Shown in pieces: positions 52,871 to 64,000 of a stretch of 64,000 bases of DNA; position 1 is the first letter of the stretch; every line of letters begins with the position of its first letter. The translations under genes were made by a program, and so were the position numbers. Origin of the DNA: Geosiphon pyriformis uo1 (Eukaryota > Fungi > Glomeromycota); assembly GCA_016748015.1 (NCBI GenBank), contig JAAOMT010000570.1, positions 252,043 through 316,042 of the forward strand, read 5' to 3'. A model generated the notes under the pieces. It saw only the letters and a program-made list of their open reading frames with translations. It was not told where the DNA came from and did not search any database.

Positions 52871-55800
52871 GTGGCAACAAAAACCCCTAACCTTACTGTT
52901 CTTGAATTTTGCCATGCTATTTACACACAAAATCAAAGTGATCTTGGATTACCAGAAGAATGTTGTCTAGTAGAATCTGCTCTCATTTATTATATTAACG
53001 CCAGAATAAATTATCATATAGAAAAGGAAGAAAAACCACATAACACAAAACTTGGATTGTATAGAGAATTATCACAATACACTACAAAAAAAGTAGCAGT
53101 AATAGCCACAACTATTGTCAAAATCCATCGAGAAATTGAGCAATACGCCAACAAAAATTTTTCAATATCCACAGAAAACACTAGGGAATGCACCAACAAA
53201 ACCAAAGAAAATTCAAAAACTAATCAGGAAAGTAACCAGCAAAAACTAGAAACACCTGCTCAAACACCAAAGAAAACTGTCACTCAATCAATAAAAAAAC
53301 AATGTATTTATTCACCAGAAGATAAATCATACCATTTTTCACCAGAAAATAAGATACAAATTCCATTAGGAGCTGTATTATCATCAACATCAACTCCACA
53401 AATGCCAAGAACTCCTAGTTATACTGATAAAATTAAACAATGTAACTGGGAAGACATACCAATTACAGGAGGATATTTATCACTATTCCAAAACTCTCTT
53501 TTTCAGCCAAAATTTGGAACGGGGTTTGAAAACTGTGAAGAGGAGTCTGAATTGGAATCCGAAAAAGAAACCAGCAAAAAAACAATCACAAGACTGGTCA
53601 CTGGAACAAGCAGCCAGTTCAGAAACCAAGAAACTTGTGATCAAAATAAAGAACCAAATATTAAGAAAGCCACCTTTAGGAATGCTCAAGGAAATATCAT
53701 CCCACCTCCTCTTAGACCAATAAGCCCACCAGCAGAAAACAGTAACGAAATGGTCACACCATACATTGCAAGACTAACAGATTTCTCAAAAGAGGAAGAA
53801 GAAACAGATGTACACACATGGCTTAGAGAAGCACAAAAAGCCATCTAAACAAATAACTGGAATGACCAGAGCAATTCAAACATTACCTTTCTTCCTGAAA
53901 GACACAGCCGACTCATGGTATCAAAGTCTGGAAACAAAACCCATGAGCTTCGCCAAATTTAAAAATGCACTTCTGGAGTATTTTAGTGACCCAAACACCA
54001 TAATCCAACTACAGAACAAATTCAATACTATCAAGCAAAATACTGATGAAACTGTCACCCAATACCTTGCTCGATTCAATCAAATTTGCTGTCAAATTGA
54101 AGCGATTGAACAAGGATACTACACTGATTCTCAGGTTTTAAATCAGTTTATTAGAGGATTAAAAAGCAGCATTTTAGGAAGAGTACACTCTGTCCACCCT
54201 AATTCCTTACCAGAAACCATTACACTTGCCAGAGCCCTTGAATCGGCTAAGAAAGAACCTAACCATAGTCAAATAGTTAACATGATAATAGAGGAAAATA
54301 AGACAGAAACATTAAAAAAAAGAGTAATGCAATTAGGGGAGAAACTCTCTAAGAAAATAGAAAGTTACTTAATCCTGGATCCGAGAAAAAATACATACCA
54401 ACCACCCCAAAGACGCAGCCAGAAAGTCAGTAACAGTCAAAATAATCACTTGTTGCACCAGAAATTCAGAACAAAAATGCACATCTGCCATTTTTGCTAA
54501 CGTGTAGGACATTTGATTAGTTAATGTCGAATGCGAATGATGCAGAAAGCATGCGAAAATAATTACTATGCGCCACCCCAAATGTCCAGAAACCAGTACA
54601 TGCCAATACCATGCCAATATCTCACCACGTATCAAAATCAAGGAACTTATTAGCAACAGCCCATGATAACCAACCCATATTGGCATCTCGAGGCCCAAAA
54701 TCAGCCCATGTGGAACCAAAACATGTTGGTCCAGAGGAATCCAAACCATGCTGGAACCAATTAGCAAACCAATCTAAACTACCAAAATTATCAACAAACT
54801 TACTTTAATATACTGGAAAATCCAATCATCAGAAACAATGATGGTAGAAACATAAACAGAACCAAAAATTTCTTCAACAAATTAAGCCAGACAATACCAC
54901 CAGCAGTTGCCACCGAAGATAGCAGCCTCGCAGCTATTTTTCCTTTTGAATTAGAGAAAAATGAGGCTATATTCAATGGAGCAGCATTGGACGAAAAACA
55001 CCCAATTACTACTATGTATATGGAAGCCACTCTAAACAATACCCCAATCAAACTTATCTTAGACAGTGGATCCGCTGGAAGCATTATAACGCTTTAACTA
55101 GTAAACCAACTGGGTTTCAAAGTTGATTGTGCTGCAATGTCCCAAATCATAACAGCCAATGGAAGTACAAAGCTGCCTCATGGCAAAATCAACTCATTCC
55201 CTTTCAAAATTAACAGCATAGTAATACCTACAAAAGTATTAGTAATGGATACTACACAATATCAAGTGTTAGTAGGAAATGACTGGCTAACAAAAGCCAA
55301 CGCCACTTTAAACTGGACCACCCAAGAGCTTCTAATCAATTATAATGGCCACCAGGCCAAAATTCCAGCCATCTGTGGCCACTTTCAAAAACCCAGTGTC
55401 AACTAAAAACCTACCTTCAAATTTGAAGAAAATCCAGCACTACCAGCCATTGAAACCTATCAGCTCTCTTGGGCTGATGACCAAAGAACAGGACTACCAC
55501 ATACCAACGTGGATTAGCAAAGAAAGATCTGAATGGAACCAGGTAAGTTCACAAAGAAACCACCAGCAATGCAGACCAAAGCTAGAATGCTTAGTTTGCA
55601 AGATCAAACTCTCATCTATAACTGCGTGCAGTGCACCGGATGAAGACCCAAGAAACTCCACCCACTACTATTGTAACTGTTGTAACAAAGAAAAATACAG
55701 TTACCCAGAAAGACACAGAAAATGGGATAAAAAACCATGCCTCGCTTGTGGAGAACCATTACCAAGAAAGTGCGACTGAAACAACATACTAGGCAGAGGA

Positions 55801-58565
55801 AGAATGTGTGATGCAACTTGCCAATACATGATCCTCATCTATGACTGGGTAAAAGGAGGAATGCCGTTTGAAGCAGTGTTAAAAAGACTGCAGCACTATT
55901 CACATGACAAGGATGAATTGTACAATACCACACAAACCAAAGTAAGAGGAAGAACCGCCGAAAAAATATGACATTGGAAAGAGTCAGCCGAAGTAGCCAA
56001 CAAAGTTGCTAGCTACAACATGTTTGACCCAGTGGATGAATTCCAGAACTACTACCAACAACTATGCCCCACTCAACAAGAGCAAGAACAATACCTCGCC
56101 CAAATTAACACTTACCTCTGCAAAAACTGTCTTATCCCGTGCTAAAATCAGTGCTGTGAAGAGTGTCAAGATGAAAGGGACTTAGAAAAAAAAATGGAAA
56201 TTGAGAATCAGCAGTCTCAAAATCAATCAATAAATCAACAAGACTTACCTGACAGTCCCAAGTCAGAAAAATTTGTAGCCTATACCAACTTAGAACAGGT
56301 GACTGACATCCAATACTTTGACAATGGGCACTTAAAAATAATACCCAAAAGAGTCCATCCAACCAACACCGAATTTGATCTACATTATCTGGAAGACCAA
56401 TCCACAACGTTACCACCCAGAAGCATCACCAAAATCAATCTAAAAATAGTGGTTGAAATTCCGCCAGGAATAATGGTTCAAATAGTGTCACGATCAAGCC
56501 TTATGAAAAAAAAAATAAGTGTTCAAAAAGGAGTAATTGACTCCAGATACACTGGAAATTTGTTGATTTTGCTACAGAACAATTCAGAAAAGCCTTATAC
56601 CATTGAATCTAATGAAAAGATTGCACAAGCAATTTTCCTACCATTGGTAAAAATTGGGAAATTCGTGTCAGTGGAAAATTGTGAGGAATTATCATAAACA
56701 ATGAGAGGAACTTTTGGTTTCGGATTGACAAGAAAAGGAATTGAAGTGAATTTTGCTAAAACAATAGAGAAAAAAGGCAAAGTAATTAAAACTGAGTGGT
56801 TCATCACATTCCTACCATATGGAAAATCAGAAATAAGAATAAAAAGGACAATTAAAGAAAAAGATTTAATATTTGAGCTCTATCCAGAAACTTGTTAACA
56901 GTTTCTCATAGGACTTACTAACCTTTTTATTTCAGCTGATAAAGCTCAATGGATAAAAATTCCTATTGCAAACACCACAGAAGAACCCATCTATATTCTG
57001 GAAGATACTATTATTGGATACCTCAGAACGAAGCTAGAAAATGCATTAACACCACAAGAAATTCTAAATTTCCCAGAAATCACTCTCTACTGTAAACTTA
57101 CTTCAATAAATTGGCAACAACCATTGGAATGCTATCAATTTATGACAGAAAATTGACCAAATTAAACATTAGAACAATGGATTCTGACCAACAGTGACAA
57201 TTAAAAGCATTAATTTTAAAATACTCTAATATATTTTCATGAAATAACAAATTTGGAAGAACCAACTTGGTTCAACACCAAATCTCTACTGGAGATGCCA
57301 GACCTGAAAAACAATGTGCTTACTGTGTTCCACCAATAGAGCATAATTTTATCAGAGAAGAAGTTCAAAGCATATTGGAAAAAAGAATAATACAATCATC
57401 AATGAGCTCATGGTCCTCACCAGTTGTTTTAGTAAAGAAAAAAAACAGAAAAATTAGATTTTGTGTCGACTATTGCAAATTAAACAGCAAAACAACCAAA
57501 GACTCATTCCCAATACCATTAATTGATAAAATCTTCGACATTTTTGGAAGAGCAAAATGGTTTTCTACACTAAACTTGACCAGTGAATATTGGCAAGTGG
57601 AAATGAACCCAAAGAACAGGCATAAAACAGCATTCACAACACAAAATAACAATTATGAGTTCAATGTAATGCCATTTGAATTAACAAATGCTCCTGCAAC
57701 ATTCCAAAGACTAATAGACATAATTTACTCTGGAATCCTGTGGCAATCTATTGTTGTCTACTTGGATAATACAAATGTTTTCTCATCAAAATTCACAGAT
57801 CATCTCCAACATTTACAACAAGTTTTTGAGAGATTGAGACATGCTGGACTTAAGCTAAATCTAAAAAAATGTTTCTTTGGAAAAAATGAGCTAGCATTTT
57901 TAGAACATGTAGTTGGAAAAGATGGAATAAAACCAGATCCATCAAAAATAGACAAAGTGAAAAATTTTCCAGTATCTCGAAACGTTTCAAAAGTTAGAAG
58001 CTTTTTAGGACTCACATCTTACTATGGCTGCTTTGTAAAAAACTTTTCAAATATCGCCAAACCTCTTAATTACTTACTATCCAAAAATGTGAAATTTGAA
58101 TAGACTGAAGCACAACAAAAAACTTTTGAGTACCTTAGACAAAAGCTCATTGAATCACCAATAATGATCTATCTGAATTTCAACAAGAAATTCATTTTGG
58201 CCACAGATGTCTCTGGAACTGAACTTGGAGTCATTCTGTCACAAAAAGATGATAATAGAAGAGAACGTGTAATTGCTTATGTCAGCAGAAGTCTCAATAC
58301 AGCAGAACAAAACTATGCAGCACATGAACTTGAATGCTTAGCAGTAGTCTGGAGTTGTGTTCACTTTAACACATATTTACGGTACCAATCCTTTAAGATT
58401 ACCACAGATTATAGAGGTCTGGTCTGGTTAAATAACAAGAAAGTGCTAAAAAAAAAATATGTCAGATGGTCACAAATGTTAGCACCATATGATTATATTA
58501 TTAAATACAAAGAAGATACCAAAAATGCTAATGCTAACTTTTTGTCAAGAATGAAACACACATAA
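52871..58565 (+). pseudogene. gag-PR-dUTPase-RT-RNaseH of F
   Basis: Gag core WLREAQKAI; ILDSGSAGS; dUTPase EFDL/RSSL/GVIDSRYTGNL/KIAQ/GFGLT at ~56340-56730; RT 57267-58103; RH 58164-58565. Confidence 0.93.
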
Positions 58566-58594
58566 AAATCACCAACCCACCTGTCACAACAACA

Positions 58595-59064
58595 ATGAAC
58601 AACCACCTTTACAAAAATCTTAGCCAATACTTGGAAACACTACAAATAGATAAAGAAATACCAGTAAAAGAGTTAATTAAGCTCCAAAAATTAGCAAAAC
58701 ACTATTTCATCCAAAATTACATACTTTATTACCGGAATTGACAAAATCCAGATAATCCATTAAGAGTTATAACCATGAATGAAAAAGAAACTATCTTATT
58801 TAACATGCACTCAGATATTTATTCAGGCCACTTTGGAAAAACAGCAACCATCCAATGTGCAACTAGCCATTACTATTGGCCAAAAATGAGTTCAGACATA
58901 ATCCAATACATAAAAAATTGTGACCCATGCCAACGAAGAGAAGGAGCAAAAACAACAGAATTATTAAGACCAATAAAAGTTGGACAGCCATTTGACAGAA
59001 TTGGAATTGATTTAGTTGGACCCTTACCAATAACAACAAAAAACAACTGTTATATTGCAGTAAC
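58595..59064 (+). pseudogene. Integrase of F, N-terminal part (rest in gap)
   Basis: MNNHLYKNLSQYL; HSDIYSGHFG...CDPCQ; FDRIGIDLVGPL. Confidence 0.9.
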
Positions 59065-59997
59065 NNNNNNNNNNNNNNNNNNNNNNNNNNNNNNNNNNNN
59101 NNNNNNNNNNNNNNNNNNNNNNNNNNNNNNNNNNNNNNNNNNNNNNNNNNNNNNNNNNNNNNNNNNNNNNNNNNNNNNNNNNNNNNNNNNNNNNNNNNNN
59201 NNNNNNNNNNNNNNNNNNNNNNNNNNNNNNNNNNNNNNNNNNNNNNNNNNNNNNNNNNNNNNNNNNNNNNNNNNNNNNNNNNNNNNNNNNNNNNNNNNNN
59301 NNNNNNNNNNNNNNNNNNNNNNNNNNNNNNNNNNNNNNNNNNNNNNNNNNNNNNNNNNNNNNNNNNNNNNNNNNNNNNNNNNNNNNNNNNNNNNNNNNNN
59401 NNNNNNNNNNNNNNNNNNNNNNNNNNNNNNNNNNNNNNNNNNNNNNNNNNNNNNNNNNNNNNNNNNNNNNNNNNNNNNNNNNNNNNNNNNNNNNNNNNNN
59501 NNNNNNNNNNNNNNNNNNNNNNNNNNNNNNNNNNNNNNNNNNNNNNNNNNNNNNNNNNNNNNNNNNNNNNNNNNNNNNNNNNNNNNNNNNNNNNNNNNNN
59601 NNNNNNNNNNNNNNNNNNNNNNNNNNNNNNNNNNNNNNNNNNNNNNNNNNNNNNNNNNNNNNNNNNNNNNNNNNNNNNNNNNNNNNNNNNNNNNNNNNNN
59701 NNNNNNNNNNNNNNNNNNNNNNNNNNNNNNNNNNNNNNNNNNNNNNNNNNNNNNNNNNNNNNNNNNNNNNNNNNNNNNNNNNNNNNNNNNNNNNNNNNNN
59801 NNNNNNNNNNNNNNNNNNNNNNNNNNNNNNNNNNNNNNNNNNNNNNNNNNNNNNNNNNNNNNNNNNNNNNNNNNNNNNNNNNNNNNNNNNNNNNNNNNNN
59901 NNNNNNNNNNNNNNNNNNNNNNNNNNNNNNNNNNNNNNNNNNNNNNNNNNNNNNNNNNNNNNNNNNNNNNNNNNNNNNNNNNNNNNNNNNNNNNNNN
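59065..59997. other. Assembly gap (N run)
   Basis: 933 N. Confidence 1.
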
Positions 59998-60516
59998 AAA
60001 CAAGAAAAGAACATAATTTTGAACCATATAATATTACCAAATATAACAACAAATTTATCAGCAAAGTTATTGAAAAATTAGAGATAGCATTGGACAATAC
60101 ATTAATAATGGAAGAAATAGAAATAAGTGAATTAACACCAAACACATTTAGCAACTTGAAAACAAAATTTCCAATTAACTACTGTTATTATCAACTAAGA
60201 AAGCACTTGAACATACAAATATTATACTCAAAAGACTCAACTAGAGTGTTTGACAAAACAACTATCCAACTATTAGAACCTTTTATTGGAAAAACCAACA
60301 CTACATTCCATTCAAAAACAGTTTACAGAATTTTCAAAGCATTTGAAAACTGTCACAAACTATTGTTGGACCCAACTATGAACATAATAACAATGACTTA
60401 CCAACTCGCAATTTCAAAAATTACAACAACAAATTAATAACACAGTATTGAACCACTATAGTAACTTAGAATTTAATGAAGAAATTAACTTTGATTTTGA
60501 TGAAGCTCAATCTTGA
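59998..60516 (+). pseudogene. ORF3 of F, C-terminal part
   Basis: KFPINYCYYQLRKHLNIQ...VFDKTTIQLLEPFIGKTN...YRIFKAF...DEAQS*, aligns with A ORF3. Confidence 0.8.
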
Positions 60517-60529
60517 AAGGAGAGGATAA

Positions 60530-61401
60530 TATTACAGTTTAAGAATTTAGCAAAAGAATCATAAAAATAATACAAACTATTCAATCATAATATAGCACAG
60601 TAATAATCTTAGAAAGGTAATAATTAACATAGTAGCAAACACCATCTCACAATAGTGGCAAGCACTAGTTCACAATAGCAGCCAACACCAACTGGTAATA
60701 GCAACAAACACCAGGTTTAAATATCAAAAAGAAAGTATTACAATGTGTTTTCTCATAGAACTATAAATATATATATATACAATAGCTTTAATATTGGAAA
60801 AAGACAATCAAGTAATAAAAATTATAACTTGTCAAGCAATAGATCTAATTTTATCCAACAAACTTCACTTTAAATTATACTTTCAAATTAAATATCCCAA
60901 GAAACCTTTAAATTAAAAAGAAATGAAAAAGAATATTTAAAACTGAATTATCACAACCCAAAGTATTAAGAAACTTACTTGTATTATTTATTGAATGAAA
61001 CCATCATTCATCAACTGAATCTCTTGGAAGAATAATCCTTGATCAAGATTATTCATGTTGTTACTAATTGATAAAAGCTTTATTGTAAGAATTAGGAAAA
61101 GCACTAAAGGCCATTAACATTCTGTGTTTTTAGATTAGAGAAACACATCAGGCAATTGCAAGGATAGCCTCAGAGAAGACTTCAGACAGTGGGTAGATTT
61201 CAGTTCAACCTCTGAGAAGGAGTACATAAACACACACAACAATCAGAAATTTAAGAATAACTTACATTGTGACATTAAAAAGAAAGCCTTTAGTATAACA
61301 GTGACATTATCACACAAATAGAATTGAGGAACTTACAAAAGATTGATTGCAATTAAAACAGAATATCAGCAATTAAATATAACAAGAAAAACTTCATAAC
61401 A
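60530..61401 (+). repeat. 3' LTR of F
   Basis: TATTAC...ATAACA after the PPT. Confidence 0.94.
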
Positions 61402-62079
61402 GCACCCTATAATGATCCTTTTTATCCCATGTTATTTTGTCCAAATCCGATCTGGCAACATGTACTGCATCTTTCCCAATTAGGATGGATCACCTAGCTG
61501 CTAAAAAATCTGCTTGAATATGCTCCTCAAACTCAATGATTGTCTTCTGCCACAGTCCCTCCAACTGCATTTTAATCAACTTAATTGTACCAAATTCAGA
61601 TAGCACAGCATGCACAGTCTCAGCAAATGTTCCAACTGGAATTTTCTTCAACACCACAGTCCAATCTGAGTGACCAGTTAATTTCTTGAGATCAGCATTT
61701 ACCAGGATCTTCACATCAGTAGCCAACTTGGTAGCTTTCATCAAACTTGATTCAGAAGTGAACATCGTCTAAATGATCCCAGAAAATTTTGAGGGGGTAG
61801 AGGCCCCCCCAAAACCATTGATTTTCAAAAACAATCTTTTGACCACAGCCAGTTTGTCCTAAGCAAATTTTCCAGAAATATTGACCAGATCAAAATCCAA
61901 AGCAAAAGACTTCCTTACAGACACATTAACCAAACTCTTGAGAGGGGGAAAAAGCACCTCAGACCTATCCAAGAGAATGTCATTATCATCATCATTGCCC
62001 AGAAAGTTGATTTTGCCCAAAGGCTTGCTTAAAGCCTGCTTGGTAACCAATCTTGGACTCTTTGGCATTTAGTTAACAT
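61402..62079 (-). pseudogene. LINE-b ORF1, more N-terminal part (RRM-like)
   Basis: VVLKKIPVGT...VLSEFGTIKLIKM...IIEFE; joins the 51913 side in frame after F is removed. Confidence 0.7.
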
Positions 62080-64000
62080 TGTTATCAGAGGTTTTTGGTC
62101 TCTTTTTTTGAATGTTGTAAATGTCTGTTGGTTGCAAATTCATGTTTTTTAGAAGTAGTTGAACCTCCAATAACTGAATTTATCTTCAAATTATCTCCTA
62201 TAATTTGAACTGCTGGGCTTATAAGTAGAATGGCCAATTCCTTGCCAGTTACTTTATGTAGTTATGTTGTAGTAAATGTCAACTCTTTCCCAGAAATTGC
62301 TTATCTGGAAGCTCACTAAAAAAATGTGTAGTTACTTTGCTGTGAAAGTCAACTTTTCTACAGGAATCTTGTCTGTAGACTACCCTAATGATTGTAATAA
62401 GAAAATAAAAAAAATGTAAAAGAAATAGAATTCTGTCAAGAGAAACGTTTTCTATTCAGGTCTGGAATCACTAACAGTTTACTGAAATTGGTAGCTAATT
62501 AATTTCGAAATGTTAGTTGGGTTTTGGGGATTTTCCAAGTGCAATAATTAAAAAATTTGGTTTTTCAAATTATTTGATATTTATTTCTTTTTGAGTGTAT
62601 AGGAACAGTTCTAAGAGATAACTCTAAAGTAAGATATATTTTCTTGAAGAAAAAAGCTCTTCTTTTATACAACTTGTTGTAGTACTAGTCTATAAACTTG
62701 CACTTTTTTTCTTTGCTCAAATTTCGGCAAACTAAAGATACATTTTGATGGACTACAAGTTATTTCACTAAACTATTGATTAATTTGGGTGAACTATTCA
62801 TAATTTCAGCAAATTTCTATAAATTTCGGCGAATTTCTTATAAATTTTGGCGAATTTCTGTAAATTTCGGTGAACTTTTGAATATTACAAAGTTCAGAGT
62901 ATTGTGTAATTTGATCATCCTACTTTTTGTTATACTAATTGGATTATTTAATTGAATTGTGATATGTGATAATTGATTAAATAATAAATGATAATTTGAA
63001 ATAATATTAATATACTAATTAATTATAGGAATTATAAAAATAATTTCATGCTAATTAATAGCTAAAATTTTACTGGTAACATAATCTCCTTCTCAAGACT
63101 GAGCTTCATCAAAGTCCAAGCACTATCTGTGATATTGAGATAGTGATCCAAAATAATTGAAGTAATCTGGTCTGAAAATTGTTGAAATTTCAGTTTTGTG
63201 AGTTTGTCAATATATTGGACTTTTATTGGTTGCAGTATTGGATTTTGTAGAACATTTTCACAAGTATTAAACAAATCATAGAGTCTAGAAGCTGCTCTAA
63301 GTTTGTAGCAAATGTTTGTTGGTCCAGCTGCTGTTTTGAATTTATTGTGGATTTGTTTTTGTATAGTTTCAGAAGTGAGATTTGTTGTTTTAAGTTTCAG
63401 TTTTCGTTTATAAAGTGTTTTTCCAATGTGAAAGTATTTATAGATAGGGATGTGTTCATTGTTCTGTTCATTGAGAAGTAATAGAAGTTTTTGTTGCATT
63501 GTAGCATTTGGTGGAATGTCCATAGGGGCAATTAAAAAATTTTTTTTTAGTGCTTGTTTCAAAAGTTTTGGTAACCTATTTTCAGAGTGGCTTCTTGTTT
63601 TTCTTCTATAGAGGTGATAGTTCTGTGAATGATTTGCTACTGGGGCTGTGATTTTTTTCTGAATATAATTAATTTGACTTTCATTAATCATTATGGATAA
63701 GTCAGAAAGTGTTTTCAAGGCTAACATTAATTTTTGGGATATTTGTTGAATATTTCGGAGAATAATCATGATAAAATTGACTAATTAGTAAAAAGAGAGA
63801 ATAAAGAAAAATATTTTTTTTTGGGTCTGGAGTTTTATTTGTTTTTGGGTTTTGGGTGTTTTGTAATTATTTATTATTTTTGTCTTTTGTGTGTTATTAA
63901 AGATTATTGTAAAATTATGTTGAATTAAGTGTTTAAGTTTGGTTGTTGTTCTATTATAATTATTGGTTTTAAATTTCGGGGAATATCTTCAAGATTAATT
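62080..64000 (-). mobile_element. Ty3/Gypsy element G (E family), 3' end only
   Basis: LTR 62080-63081 is the reverse complement of the E LTR; PPT at 63082-63094; integrase tail (EDIPRNLKPIIIIEQQPNLNT*) at ~63926-64000. Confidence 0.93.
63062..63769 (-). CDS. ORF3 of G, intact 235 aa basic protein of unknown function
   Basis: Uninterrupted ATG-to-stop ORF between integrase and PPT, running into the LTR; homologue in E. Confidence 0.85.
   Translation of the reverse strand: MIILRNIQQISQKLMLALKTLSDLSIMINESQINYIQKKITAPVANHSQNYHLYRRKTRSHSENRLPKLLKQALKKNFLIAPMDIPPNATMQQKLLLLLNEQNNEHIPIYKYFHIGKTLYKRKLKLKTTNLTSETIQKQIHNKFKTAAGPTNICYKLRAASRLYDLFNTCENVLQNPILQPIKVQYIDKLTKLKFQQFSDQITSIILDHYLNITDSAWTLMKLSLEKEIMLPVKF

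Larger units (their letters stand above)
51914..61401 (+). mobile_element. Ty3/Gypsy element F, full length with N gap
   Basis: LTRs 51914-52788 and 60530-61401; PBS TGGTGAACTCTACAAGG at 52791; PPT GAAAGGAGAGGATAA at 60515-60529. The TSD is eroded (ATGC/GCAC), but 4-bp removal restores LINE ORF1 DHYRALLY. Confidence 0.94.

Noticed and set aside
58863-60154. Long ORFs of 325-413 aa in the ORF track
   Set aside because: Artefacts of the N run at 59065-59997.
63062-63769. ORF3 as an env gene
   Set aside because: No signal peptide, fusion peptide or transmembrane anchor is visible, and it is short for an envelope protein.

Overview
The window is eukaryotic, AT-rich and contains no recognisable host gene. 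It is a nested cluster of retrotransposons, probably from an early-diverging fungus such as a Glomeromycota species (inference only). Two decayed RNase H-bearing LINEs lie tail to tail: LINE-a on + (<1-14090) and LINE-b on - (35676->62079). A very AT-rich spacer separates them. Six Ty3/Gypsy elements are inserted into this scaffold: A 2112-12265(-), D 16151-34746(-), B 16797-26753(-, inside D), E 39912-49622(+), F 51914-61401(+) and G 62080->64000(-). There are also three solo LTRs (14877-15550, 27516-28415, 38329-39174). Boundaries can be placed to the base from TGTTA...TAACA termini, PBS/PPT and 4-bp TSDs, and removing A, E and F restores the LINE reading frames. The Gypsy elements belong to four families with unrelated LTRs but share an unusual 'complex' layout. 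Four of them have a GUG-initiated Gag-PR-(Cys-rich domain)-dUTPase-RT-RNaseH polyprotein; D starts with ATG and lacks dUTPase. A stop codon follows RNase H, then a separately ATG-initiated integrase with no chromodomain. A homologous, non-membrane ~210-250 aa ORF3 sits at the env position and ends at the PPT. All copies are eroded by C>T/G>A transitions. All alignments were done by eye; no database searches were run.
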